Source: Squalus acanthias
Lineage: Eukaryota
Length of the DNA: 64,000 nucleotides
Direction: 5' to 3'
Assembly (NCBI GenBank): GCA_030390025.1
Contig: CM059432.1
Coordinates: 144,896,001-144,960,000, forward strand
Part shown: positions 11,111 through 23,927 of the stretch, piece by piece
How positions within the stretch are numbered: position 1 is the first letter of the stretch
How the letters are laid out: each line of letters starts with the position of its first letter
The notes under the pieces: model-generated
What the model was told of the DNA's origin: nothing
Seen by the model: only the letters and a program-made list of their open reading frames with translations
Databases searched by the model: none
Position numbers and translations under genes: made by a program

Positions 11111-13821
11111 AAAGTATTTATTTAATTTCTCTGTCATTTCCTTATTCCCCATTATAATTTCTCCTGTCTCAGCCTGCAAGGGACCCACATTTACTTTTGC
11201 TAATCTTTTCCTTTTTACATACCTACAGAAGCTTTTACAATCTGTTTTTATGTCTCTCGCTAGTTTACTCTCATTCTGTTTTCCCTTTCTTTATCAATTT
11301 CTTGATCCTCCTTTGCTGAATTCTAAAATCCTCCCAATCCTCAGGCTTACTACTCTTTTTGGCAACATTATAAGCCTCTTCCTTTGATCTAATACAATCT
11401 TTAACTTCTCTTGTTAGCCAGGGTTGGACCACTTTTCTGTGGGGATTTTGTGCCTTAAAGGAATGTATATTTGATGTAAATTATGTATTAATTCTTTAAA
11501 TGCTAGCCATTGCTTGTCTACCGTCATACCTTTTAATGTAGTTTCCCAATCTACCTTAGCCAACTCGCCCCTCATACCTGCATGGTTTGCTTTGTTTAGA
11601 TTTAAGACCCTAGTTTCAGATTTAACTAAATCACTTTCAAACTCAATATAAAATTCTATCATATTATGCTCACTCTTCCCTCAAGGCCCCTTTACTACAA
11701 GGTTATTAATTAACCCTTTCTCATTGCACAATACTAGATCTAAAATAGCCTGTTCCCTAGTTGGTTCCTCAACATACTGATCTAGAAAACTATCTTGTAT
11801 ATATTCCATGAATTCATCATCCACACTATTACTGTAAATTTAGTTTGCCCAGTCTATATGTAGATTAAAGTCCCCATGATTACTGTATTACCCTAGTTAC
11901 ATGCACCTCTAATTTCCTGATTTATACTCTGCCCTACATTACAACTACTGTTTGGGGACCGATAACAACTCCCACCAATGTTTTCTGCCCCTTGCTGTTT
12001 CTTAGCTCCACCCAAACTGATTCTATTTCTTGATTTTAGGAGCTAAGATCCTTTCTCTCTACTGTCTTTATCCCATCTTTTATTATCAGGCCTACCACTC
12101 CTCCTTTTCCATTTTGCCTATCTCTTCTAAAAGTTAAGTATCCTGGAATATTTAGTTCCCAACCTTGGCCACTTTGCAACCACGTCTCCGTTATGGCTAT
12201 TAGATCAAACCTGTTAATTTCTATCTGCGCTATTAATTCATCTATTTTGTTGCGAATGCTTCGCGCAGATATAGCGCCTTTAGCTTTGACTTATTTCTAT
12301 TTTTCCCTGATGCCACCTCAGTCACTGCTGCCTTATTACCTTTAACTCTCTCTGTCCCTTCCTGACCCACTCTGCTTATTTTTACCCAAAACTCTACTCT
12401 GCTCTTGAGCCTCGACATTTCTCTCGCTGCTTTTAAATTTACTCTTTGCTGAATCCTCCCACCCCCCCTCCATTAGTTTAAAGCCCTGTCTACTGCCCTA
12501 GTTATTCGGTTCGCCAAGACAATGGTCCCAGCCTGGTTTAAGTGGAGCCCGACCCAACGGAACAGCTCCCTCTTTCCCCAGTACTGGTGCCAGTGCCCCA
12601 TGAACTGAAACTCCTTCCTCCCACCCCACTCTTTGAGCCACGCATTTAAACCTCTAATCTGTTTGTCCCTGTGCCAATTTGTGCGTGGCTCAGGTAACAA
12701 TCCAGAGATTATTACCTTTGAGGTTCTGCTTTTTAATTTGGAACTGTACGCAGTACTCTAGCTGTGACCTAACTAATGTTTTATACAGTCCAAGCATAAC
12801 CTCCCTGCTCTTATATTCTATGCCTCGGCTAATAAAGGAAAGTATCCCGTATGCTTTCTTAACCACCTTATCTACCTGTCCTGCTACCTTCAGGGACCTG
12901 TGGACATGCAGTCCAAGGTCTCTCTGTTCCTCTACACTTCCCAGTATCCTACCATTTATTGTGCATTCCCTTGCCTTGTTAGCATTCCCCAAATGCATTA
13001 CCTCACACTTCTCTGGACTGAATTCAATTTGCCACTTTTCTACCCACCTGACCAGTCCATTGAGATCTTCCTGCAGTCTACAGCTTTCTTCCTCACTATC
13101 AACCACATGGCAATTTTTGTATCATCTGCAAACTTCTTAATCATGCTCCCTATATTGAAGTCTAAATCATTGATGTATACCACAAAAAGCAAGGGACCTA
13201 GTACTGAGCCCTGCGGAACCCACTGGAAACAGTCTTCCAGTCACAAAAACACCCATCGACCATTACCCTTTGCTTCCTGCCACTGAGCCAATTTTTGGAT
13301 CTAACTTGCCACTTTCCTTGGATCCCATGGGCTATTACTTTTCTGACCAGTCTGTCATGTGGGACCTTGTCAAAAGCCTTGCTAAAATCCATGTAGATTA
13401 CATCAAACGCGCTACCTCCATTGACCTTCCTCGTTACCAATTCAAAAAATTCAATCAAGTTAGTCAGACACGACCTTCCCTTAACAAATCCATGCTGACT
13501 GTCCGTGATTAATCAGTGCCTTTCGAAATGACAATTAATGCTGTCCCTCAGAATTTTTTCCAATAATTTTCTCACCACCGAGGTTAGGCTGACTGTGCAT
13601 TTCACTTTATTATGAGTCCGTCACCAAATGAAGTTTACACAAAGCCTCATCTCCTAACAGGACAACACAAAAATCTAAACTGTTCAAACAACGTTCTAGT
13701 CTCCCACAGATTGAATATACATTGCTGGTTCACAGCTCTCTGGCCTTGGTACCCACTATCCTGAGATACAGAAATGGCAGTGCATATGTCAAGTGTGCAC
13801 AGTCAAGGGCAATGCATGTGA

Positions 13822-14337
13822 CTTGCTGGGGTCAGATTGAATGCAGCAGGACTGCTGGGGTCAGAGTGGAGGGAGCTGGATTGCTGGGGTCAGAGTGGAG
13901 AGAGCTGGATTGCTGGGGTCAGAGCGGAGGGAGCTGGATTGCTGGGGTCAGAGCGGAGGGAGCTGGATTGCTGGGGTCAGAGCGGAGGGAGCTGGATTGC
14001 TGGGGTCAGAGCGGAGGGAGCTGGATTGCTGGGGTCAGAGCGGAGGGAGCTGGATTGCTGGGGTCAGAGCGGAGGGAGCTGGATTGCTGGGGTCAGAGCG
14101 GAGGGAGCTGGATTGCTGGGGTCAGAGCGAAGGGAGCTGGATTGCTGGGGTCAGAGCGAAGGGAGCTGGATTGCTGGGGTCAGAGCGAAGGGGTCAGAGT
14201 GGAGGGAGCTGGATTGCTGGGGTCAGAGTGGATGCAGCAGGGGTCAGAGTGGAGGGAGCTGGATTGCTGGGGTCAGAGTGGATGCAGCAGGGGTCAGAGT
14301 GGATGCAGCAGGGGTCAGAGTGGAGGGAGCTGGATTA
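13822..14337. repeat. 29-bp minisatellite
   Basis: Tandem GGGGTCAGAGCGGAGGGAGCTGGATTGCT, with variant units at both ends. Confidence 0.95.
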
Positions 14338-15695
14338 CTATTCCAGTAATGGATAAGAGGGGTTGTGTCCCTAGCCATCTCGATTGCCACTTCAGTAGTG
14401 GGACTCAGTATGGGAGAGAATGAAGGAGGATTTGCCCATTGGGAGAAGTTCCCACCACTGCAGAATGGATGTAATCATGGTAACACCTATCATTATTTAT
14501 TTGCAACATTACTGACTATTCCACTTAGGGCTCGCTAAGTTTAGCCAGTTAATATGTGAGCCATGCAGACCAGGGAGGTCTCTGACAGAGGAGACTCCAA
14601 CCGACAGGGAACTGGCAAGAGAAATCTATGCAGGGTGGCTCAAAACAAAATATCCACAACTGCCTTTCATGTTTTTCGGTGTTTCCTACCCCCGAGCAGC
14701 TGAGGTGCAGATCAGCCACGATCTCATTGAATTGCGGAGCAGGCTCCAGTGGCTGAATGGCTTCCTCCTGTTCCTGTTTTCTTTATTCTAGGCTTTTTGG
14801 GTCTCATATCGTAGATCACTCTCCTAGGCCTTTGAGATTGCCTTTATTAGCCTCGCTATCTAGATAAGCGGTCGATAACATGCCCAGGATAACTTTTTTA
14901 ATTGAGATAGAGATAGAGATATAGATATATATATAGATATATATATTCGCTAGAAAAGCAAAATTGTTTTAAGTACAGTTATCTTACAATCAGAGCTAGT
15001 TTATTGAACTGAATAATTGTCCTCTAAATTGGGTTTGTAGTCTTACTGAACAATCTAAATCTAAAGGAAGTCATGTTTACATTGTCAATAGGAAGTGGCC
15101 CAACTTTCCAGACACCGGGAATCTCTTCCAACATCACCGAAAAAAACACAAAACAGAATTCTGACATCTGAAACAATGCTTTTTAACAATAAACCTGTGC
15201 AATAACATCTTCAACAGGTGCATAAGATAAATAAATACTTATGCATGTCTTATGTCTGCATGCATTTCCTGTCCAACTTCATGGATTAACGTCAGCGTTT
15301 AACTTTGAAATTGCCTCGTTAAGCATTTAGGATTGAAATGATCATGTGACTGACCAGTTGCCTGTTTGATGGGCTCCGGCCAGCAGGTGGTGCTGTGATG
15401 CAAGGTTCTCAAGTCCTTAACTAGTATTAAATAAAGGCACGAGACACCACATGAAGCATCAGGGAGATGTGTAAACACGACTAATGCTGGCTCATCCCTG
15501 GTGTTTCACGCCCCAAGTGATAAAGCAATAAAAAAATTTGCATACGCAAAGCAGAAGTGATGGCTAGGGGCCTGCTGCGTTAGTGAATATTTACAATGAA
15601 ACCACACGCTACACCGACATTACTGGTGTTATACCCTTCATAGCACAAGTATCCAGAGGACTGATGAGAAACACTCCTTAAAAACACTACACAAG

Positions 15696-17600
15696 GAATG
15701 TGGTTGTGGTAGGGGACAGTATAGTCAGGGGGTTAGATACTGTTCTCTGCAGCCGTGACCGGGGGTTCCAAAGGTTGTGTTGCCTACCTAGTGCCAGGGT
15801 TAAGGATATCTCCACGTGGCTGAAGAAGAATTTGGAGTGGGAGGGAGAGGATCCAGTTGTCATGGTCCACGTAGGAACCAACGACATAGATAGAACTAGC
15901 AATGAGGTTCTGCTGAAAGAGTTTGAGGAGCTGAGGTCCAAATTAAAATGAAGAACCTCAAAAGGTAATTATCTCTGGATTGTTACCTGAGCCACGCACA
16001 AATTGGCATAGGGACAAGCAGATCAGAGAGTTAAATGCGTGGCTCATAGAGTGGTGTGGGAGGAAGGGGCTTTGATTCATGGGCACTGGTACCAGTACTG
16101 GGGAAAGAGGGAACTGTTCCGTTGGGACAGGCTCCACTTAAACCAGGTTGGAACCAGTGTCCTGGCAAATCGAATAACTAAAACTGTAGATAGGACTTTA
16201 AACTAAAAAGGGGGGGGGGGAAGAGGGGGTCAGGTGAGGGGAAATTGAGAAATCTAAAGCAATAAGTCAAGGCAATAAGCAGTATAGCAGTTTGAGTAAA
16301 GATAAGCAGAGTGTGACAGGGAGGGACAGAGAGTTTAACAGTAATAGAGCATCAGCGAATAAGGTGAAAGCAGGGATTAATGGTAAAAAGTAAAAATTAA
16401 AGGCTCTTTATCTAAATGCACGAAGCATTCGTAACAAGATAAACGAATTAGTGGCACAAAGATAAATGGCTTTGATCTAATAGCCATTACAGAGCTGCAA
16501 GGTGACCAAGGTTGGGAATTAAATATTCCAAAGTACTTGACATTTCGAAAAGACAGGCAGAATGGAAAAGGAGGAAGGGTAGCCTTGATAATAAAGGATG
16601 ACATAAGGACAGTAGTGAGAAAGGATCTTGGCTCGGAAGATCAGGAAGTAGAATCAGTATGGGTGGAGATAAGAAATAACAAGGGGCAGAAAACACTGGT
16701 GGGTGTGTTTATAGGCCCCCAAACAGTAGCTATACCGTTGGACAGAATATTAATCAATAAATAATAGGAGCCTGTAACAAAGGTAATACAATAATCGTGG
16801 GGGACTTTAATCTTCAGATAGACTGGGCAAATCAAATTGGCAAAGGTAGTCTGGAGGACGAGTTCATGGAATGCATGCAATTTTAGATCTTGTATTGTGC
16901 AATGACACAGGGTTAATTAGTAATCGCATAGTAAAGGATCCTCTGGGGAAGAGTGATCATAATATGATTAATTTCACGTTGAGCTGGAGAGTCAAATACT
17001 TAAGTTTAATTATCTTATAAACGAGAGTCTTAAACTTAAATAAAGCCAATTACATAGGTATGAGGGGTGAATTGGCTAAGGTAGATTGGGGAAATTAGAT
17101 TAAGAGGTATGATGGTAGATAAGCAGTGGCAAACATTTAAAGAAATATTCCAAAATTCTCAACGAATATACATTCCATTGAAAAATAAAAACTCCACGGG
17201 AAAAGTGATCCTTCCGTGGCTAACTAAAGAAGTTAAGGATAGTATTAGATTAAAAGAAGAGGCTTATAATTTTGCGAATAATACTAGTAAGCCTGAGGAT
17301 TGGGAGAGCTTTAGAAACCAGCAAAGAATTACCAAAAAAGGAAGAAAATAGAATGAGAGTAAACTTGCAAGAAATATAGAAACAGATTGTAAGAGTTTCT
17401 ACAAGTATGTAAAAAGGAAGAGAGTAGCAAAAGTAAGCGTTGGTCCCTTAGAGGCTGAGACAGGAGAAATTATAATAGGGAATAAGAAAATGGCAGAGAC
17501 TTTAAACAAATATTTTGTACCTGTCTTTACAGTAGAAGACACAAAAAGCATACCAAAAATTGTGGGTAACCAAGGGACTTATAAGAGTGAGGAACTTAAT
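15696..17600 (+). mobile_element. CR1 LINE 5' portion: ORF1 SGNH-esterase and ORF2 endonuclease remnants
   Basis: VVVGDSIVRG...VHVGTND esterase motifs, followed by fragments of the AP-endonuclease region. Confidence 0.88.
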
Positions 17601-17644
17601 TTGTGCAGCAATGCATTTTTCCACTCTTTAGTTTATCTACTTAC

Positions 17645-17795
17645 GAGACAAATTTGCCAACTTCTACTTGTAATATAGGATCCTGCAGTTGAAGCTCTAG
17701 GATTAACTCTTCTGGTTGAAGTGCTGCTCCAGGTTTGGAAGGTTTTGGGGAATAGATACGTAGAATTCCCTTATAACTGCCAACGATAATTTTGT
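17645..17795 (-). CDS. BBS9: BBS9 second coding exon (151 bp)
   Basis: Reads (D)KIIVGSYKGILRIYSPKPSKPGAALQPEELILELQLQDPILQVEVGKFV(S). TTTTCAG acceptor, GTAAG donor, and phases consistent with the neighbouring exons. Confidence 0.97.
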
Positions 17796-18552
17796 CTGAA
17801 AACAGAGCAAAAAAGAATCAAATTTGATTACTTTGTTCACTTGAATAGATCATGAAGCATAAAAACTCAAAGCAGTTAACCCGATACTCATCTCCAAGTT
17901 ATTCTACAATCACAAGCAACATTAATTTGCAAAAGTCGCTGTGAATTTTTGTATCCAGGCTCTACAAGGTCCAATTTATTCAAAGAGGTGAGGGTGTATA
18001 AAAGCACAGGGCATCCTGTCGGCTCAAATGAAGAAGTGAAATTCTACAGTGGGTTCCAGATCCTGTTTGACATATCAGGAATAACCCAATCTTTGTGTAC
18101 AGCTGCCTCTAATCATTTGCTTGCCAGGGCTTTAATTAAGTGGTCATTTCAAATGTTTCTTTTTTTTTGGAAAGGTTCAGAATCTAAAAGTGATCTAGTT
18201 CAGTCAGGTGCTTCCTTCACCTACCTTTTCTCCAGGTCACTAGGAGTGTCATAGCCCAGCACACCTTTCCCATACACTACCTGGGAGAGGAGATCTGGCT
18301 GCAAATAAGTGGGGAGACAGACAGCATCTACAATTTGCCCCGCTCACCCGCAAACAAAATGGGAATGGGGGAAGTGGGAATTGCTGGAGGCATGCTCAGC
18401 CTAAAGGCTTTTTGTAAAATAAATGCTTGAACTTGGTTAAATTACACTATGATGAATTCTACAACTAGCAAACGGCAAATTAAGGAGTACACCTCCTTTA
18501 AGCACCCAAACTAAATAACTTCATTTCACCCGAGGATGCAAAACACTCTTAC

Positions 18553-18658
18553 CATTGCCACTGTTGTCAACATCAGCAACACCCAAGCATCCCTGGTCGA
18601 ATTCCTCCTGCTCTCCCACAGGTGTGGACCACCAGTCTCGGGCTTTAAACAAAGACAT
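18553..18658 (-). CDS. BBS9: BBS9 (PTHB1, BBSome subunit) first coding exon
   Basis: Minus strand reads MSLFKARDWWSTPVGEQEEFDQGCLGVADVDNSGN+G, matching the recalled BBS9 N-terminus. The CAG acceptor is at 18670-18672, so the exon starts at 18669 with 11 nt of UTR. The GTAAG donor is at 18548-18552. Confidence 0.97.
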
Positions 18659-18759
18659 CTTCCTTCAACCTGAAACCACCAAATTAGTGAAATGCTCAGA
18701 CTATTGAGGCACAGAATGTAGTCTTTAGAACAGTCACAGGAAGATCACTGAATTTACAT

Positions 18760-19150
18760 TGTTGTGCTTCCGGTGAAGACTGTCAGTGCTGTGAAATGGA
18801 ACACTCTCCCAATTTGGCCATCCAGCATCAGTATTCGACACCCTCGGATCAGACAGAGTAAAACACCCTGTATTCTGTCCCAAAAGTGCACTCGCATCCT
18901 AAATCCACCACTACGAACACCAGCCTGGCTGAGGGAGACTGTTCGCGCAGTGTCAATCTCTACTTATTTGTGCACGGTATTGTGCTATGGGCTTACATTT
19001 ACCAACAGCCAGATAGAGACAGCCCCAACTTGCTTCATTTGGGACCCATACAGCTGACAGGGAGAAGGGATTTCCACCCCGTGAATCCAGGTTTGATTCA
19101 AACCCACATCCGGAAATGTAAAGACAGCTCGTTAACCTCTGCAAAAGCCA
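18760..19150 (-). mobile_element. Degenerate ancient tRNA-SINE (LF-SINE/AmnSINE2-like)
   Basis: Minus strand has a B-box-like GGGTTTGAATC and a GGGACAGAATACAGGGTGTTTTACTCTG segment resembling recalled ancient SINE consensus sequences. Confidence 0.35.
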
Positions 19151-19911
19151 ACTCCCCAAAAAGCTATTACTGCCCAGTAATAAATACAGCACATTTCTAT
19201 AGCACAGAGATATTTTAGCTTTTTTTCCCCCCTTGACTGGGGCAGAGATTGCACAATATATAACAGGCAAGTGATTTTACAGACAACACATGGTCCTTGT
19301 GATGCCCTGGACTGGTTTCAATCACCTGATGGGGTCAGAGAGGAATTTTCTGGAGTATTTTTTCCCTTGCTGGCCCTGGGTTTTTCTGCCTCTCCGGGGA
19401 GATTACATGGCTGCGAGGGGGGATGGGGAAGTGTCTCGTCCTGATCCTCCAGCCATCATGAGTGTTGGGGTAGGCTTGATGGACCAGCTGGTCTATGCCT
19501 GCCAGTCATTTTTGTATCTTTTACCAGGGCAGTGAATAGCTGGTGAACACCAAGCTGTGGGGGACAGAGAAATGTCAAGGGTCAGCAGCATGCAACAGCA
19601 AGGCGAAAAAAGTCTTAAAAAGGCAGAGGGGGAGTGAGGGGGCAAGGCAGACATGTTGAGAGTGTGAGTTAATGAGGACAAAGACAAGTCGCTGAAGGAA
19701 CAGCAGGTAGTAGGTGAGTGGAGACTGAGAAGTAAGCTGGTTTTGGAGGATTGGAAGGTGTGTGCATAGGCCTGGAGGAAGTACTGAAGTAGGGAGGGGT
19801 GAGGCTGTGGAAGGATTTGAAAGGGAGGCAAGAATTTTAAATTTGATTCTTTGGGGGAAGGGAAACGGGAGATGGCCAAGGACAGGGGTGATGGAGATGC
19901 AGACTTTAGTG

Positions 19912-20660
19912 ACTCCCAAATCCGTGCCCATCTTTCCCATAATTCCATGGTTGAATCCCTCCAATCAGGTTTCCGCCCCTCCCACAGTACCGAAACGGCG
20001 TTTATCAAAGTCACAAATGGCATCCAATGTGACTGTGACAAAGGTAAACTATCCCTTCCTTGTCCTTCTCGACCTGTCTGCAGCCGTTGACACGGTTGAC
20101 CACAGCATTCTCCTCCAACGCCTCTCCACCGTCGTCCAGCTGGGTGGGACTGCACTCACCTGGTTCTATTCTTATCTATCTAATCATAGCCAGAGAATCA
20201 CCTGCAATGGCTTCTCTTCCCACTCCTGCACCGTTACCTCTGGTGTCCCCCAAGGATCTATCCTTGGCCCCCTCCTATTTCTCATCTATATGCTACCCTT
20301 CGGCAACATCATCCGAAAACAGTGTCAGTTTCCACATGTACGCTGACGACACCCAGCTCTACCTCACCATCAGTTCTCTCTACCTCACCACTGTCTCTAA
20401 ATTGTCTGACTGCTTGTCCGACATCCAGAAATTTCCTCCAACTAAATATTGGAAGACCGAAGCCATTATCTTCGGTCCCCGCCACAAACTCCAATCCCTA
20501 GCCACCGCCTCCATCCCTCTCCCTAGCATCTGTCTGAGGCTGAAACAGACTGTTCGCAACCTTGGTGTCATATGTGACCCCGAAATGAGCTTCCGACCAT
20601 ATATCCGCACCATCACAAAGACCGCCTATCTCCACCTCCTGAACATCGCCCGACTCAGCC
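19912..20660 (+). mobile_element. L2 LINE RT fragment
   Basis: Peptides LVLLDLSAAVDTVDH, GVPQGSILGPLLF and YADDTQLY. Confidence 0.9.
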
Positions 20661-20663
20661 CCG

Positions 20664-21190
20664 ATTGGGCGACCGCTTTGCGAACATCTCCGTTCAGTCT
20701 GTAAGTGTGACCCCGAGCTTCCAGTTGCCTGTCACTTTAATTCTCCGCTCCACTCCCACTCTGATCTCTCCGTCTTCGGCCTCTTACATTGTTCCAACGA
20801 AGCTCAACGCAAGCTCGAGGATCAGCACCTCATCTTTCAATTAGGCACTTTACAGCCTTCTGGACTCAACATCGAGTTCAACAATTTCAGACCATAAACT
20901 CTGCCCCTATTTTTTTTCCCCCTTTATTCTTTTTTTCTCACATGGCAGCTGATGATTCTGCCATTGCCATTTACACCTCATCTAGAGTCATCTTTTGTTT
21001 CTTAACTTGTCCCATTACCATCTCCTTTTGCCTTGCACCATCGCTTTGTCTTTTAATCTCTCCTGCCTTCCATCCGATCACAGACCTTCCTTTTGTTCTT
21101 TCCTCCCCTCCTCCCTTTCCCTGCCTGTACACTTGCTTAAAAATCTGTTACATCTCTAACTTTTTCTAGTTCTGATGAAGGGTCCCAGAG
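20664..21190 (+). mobile_element. Penelope-like 3' fragment (same family as 32809-35138)
   Basis: Nucleotide similarity to 34530-35060, ending in AGTTCTGATGAAGGGTC, a truncated hammerhead. Confidence 0.85.
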
Positions 21191-21259
21191 GGCAACACGG
21201 TGGCATAGTGGTTAGCACTGTCGCCTCACAGCGCCAGGGACCCGGGTTCGAATCCGGCA
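21190..21259 (+). mobile_element. tRNA-derived SINE head (HE1/V-SINE-like)
   Basis: A box TGGCATAGTGG and B box GGTTCGAATCC, truncated. Confidence 0.7.
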
Positions 21260-23429
21260 GATTTCCAGCATCCGCAGTATTTTGCTTTTGTAAAAGATAT
21301 CAGAGCTTGGGGTTCTGAGTTTTGAAAAGGACACACACAGATCTGAACTCGTTTCCAATGAGGCTAGAATTATATGATTACAGTTTCCAAAATGATCGTG
21401 TGTTGATTAGCTCTTTTTAAAACAAGATTAAAGGTTCACAGTATAGACATCAAGCTACTGGGACGATTCATGAATGGTCTGCAGGATACAAATGGCCCAG
21501 AGTTTAATAGTATAGGGTGCAGGGCTGAGTTAATATCCTGGAATTTTGTTCAACAATGTCAGAAATCTGGGAGAAATTTCACAGGGCTTTATCTTCTCGT
21601 TGCCTCCCTTGGACCTGTTTTAATGGATCAATAGTGGTGTCACTGAGTTGCCCCAGTGTAACCTGACAAGAGTCAGGGACCCACTAATCATGAACAAACA
21701 GGGGGTATGATCAAACTAATGCTTCACATAAACAACTAAACCAAAGGACCGTAACAACTAAATGACAATACTGTTAACAGTGCCTACAAGACACTCTACA
21801 CCCTGAAGGCCTCAAGCATACCGGTAGACCGTATGCTCCCTCTCCAAGGCCAACCGGGCATGGAGAATACTGCGGAAGAGAGCAGGCAGCCAGAACAACC
21901 CCATCCACCCCACCCCGGGACCTGTAAATTGTCGCCTTGGGCAGGCCCAGGAGCAGACCCACGACAAGGCCCTCTGACTTACCTGCCCCAAAAGTTGCAT
22001 GCGACCTGGCAATCCGTAAAAATGCTTAAAAATTTATTGCATGCTACTACTCCGTGCAACACTCCCCACCCCAAATCCCCAATGGTGCAGGGAAGGACTC
22101 CTGCAGAGAGCCTTGCCTCCCTTGGGACTTGGTGAATTAGGTACAGTCCACAATATGGAATATTACACATGGTCTATGAAGAGATCAGACTTGATGACAA
22201 AATAGCATTTCCTCATTTCCCATTTTATGTTTTTAATGTTCTGTGGCAGCTGCTGTGAGGGAGCAGCAGTGAGCATGGCAGCTAGCGAGTTATTATCCCT
22301 CAACTCCCACTTAATGCAGGAGAGTAATTCTGAACACAATGTAACTGTACATTATGTGCAATAAATTCCATATTCTACATGCACAAACTAAGCATTCACT
22401 GCATCAAGTTATGGGTTACTGTATAGAATTGTATCCCCACTCCTCTCCTGTCTTCACAGGATCACTGGGGCAATCAAACCTTGTTTCTTTCAATTCTTCA
22501 ATGACCAGATTCATAATTTTGCTCCACTATCACCAGAGCAATTCTTTCCCCATCGGTTCTTCACATCGCTCACAGGTCTAACCAACCGTTACCATCTCTT
22601 GCCTTTGATCAACACCACCCTTAATCGAACGACATTCTTGGCATCACAAGGAACGTCCAAATCTCTGCCACTGCTACGTCTGCCTCCAGGTTTGGTTTCT
22701 TCTTTTGTGTCCAACATTCTTTACATATCACACACAAAGTTTCTTTGAATATTTTTCTTCAATTTTCTCCTCTCTCAACAACTCCCAATTCTTTATAAAG
22801 CCTAATTCCATCCAAGACTTGAGTACTGCTCCCGTATCTAGAATAACTCTTGCGCTGCTCATCAAGATACAGGAAAAGCTTTTGGAGTTTGATGGGCAAG
22901 CCCTTGCTCATCTGTAGCTTGACATTGCTTTAAACATACTAAAGGAAGTTGGACTGTAATGGTGCTACTCAGAATTACAAATGGAATGATCAGCTTTTGA
23001 TCCATATCAGATGACACAGCCAATGCGTTCCCTGATGCATTTAAGGGGAAGCTAGATAAGCACACGAGAGAGAAAAAAAAGAGTGGGAATGCCGACAGGG
23101 TGAGGTGAATTAGGATGGGAGGAGACTCTTGTGGAGCAGAAACACCGGCATGGACCAGTTTGGCCGATTTCTATGCTGTAAATTCTATGTAATCTAGTAA
23201 AAAAGTGCAGGATCTATAATCAAGTACAAACCTCAGATATTACCGTGGGACACTACACTGTGCCACAGAGTTACCTCATGCACAGAGAATGGTCGGATGC
23301 TGATGCAGCTGTACCATTAAGGTGCTAAATTGAGAGAAAACCATGCACTCGGAACAAATACTAAGCATTGGACGAGATCTAGCTTCATACCAGGAAGCAG
23401 GGAGGGAATGGGGTGCATGTGTATGTCAA

Positions 23430-23485
23430 GGGGGTGGGGGGGGGGGGGGGGGGGGGGAGAAAAAGAGAAAGAGGAAGAGAAAGAG

Positions 23486-23550
<65 letters not shown>
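23430..23550. repeat. poly(G) plus (GA)n microsatellite
   Basis: Seen directly in the sequence. Confidence 0.95.
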
Positions 23551-23553
<3 letters not shown>

Positions 23554-23927
23554 TGAGTTCTAACAGGATATAAGTGTACAAGCTGACAAATATTTATCAA
23601 CAGGCTTGGCAATTATTGGGCAAAAAGGGGTGAACACATCAGGTCGAATTGCTGAAAGATTTTCATCTTCCCACATTGGGAGGATATTCGTTTTTTCTAT
23701 ATATTCCCCTATATTTATCTAGGTACCGGTCATTTCTATGCCCCAAATGTAAACACCAATACAAAGTAAAAAATGACAACATGAAACATACTGGAAATTA
23801 CGTGATCGAGTCCCAGCAGCTGTACTGGCTGGAAATGGTCATTACGGAGTGAAAAAGTCTGCAGTCCCAGAACAAACCCAACTACTACACAATGTCAACA
23901 GCTAATTAATGAGGACAACAACAACTT

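Larger units (their letters stand above)
6622..13595 (-). mobile_element. Nested CR1 cluster (host CR1 split by a solo LTR and younger CR1 copies)
   Basis: The host 3' end at 6622-7838 resumes at about 12741-13595. Inserted CR1 sequence at about 7839-12740 spans ORF2 and the ORF1 C-terminus (WHRDKQIRGLNAWLKEW). Confidence 0.88.

Noticed and set aside
13822..14337. Possible CRISPR-like array
   Set aside because: Direct tandem units without unique spacers, in a eukaryotic context with no cas genes.
13722..14423. Long ORFs in all three plus frames
   Set aside because: Artefact of a stop-free 29-bp minisatellite; the same peptide recurs in each frame.
21190..21259. tRNA gene
   Set aside because: A and B boxes are present, but the context and sequence fit a SINE head and no convincing full cloverleaf is visible.
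23330..23612. RE-repeat and LS-repeat ORFs
   Set aside because: Translation of the (GA)n microsatellite.
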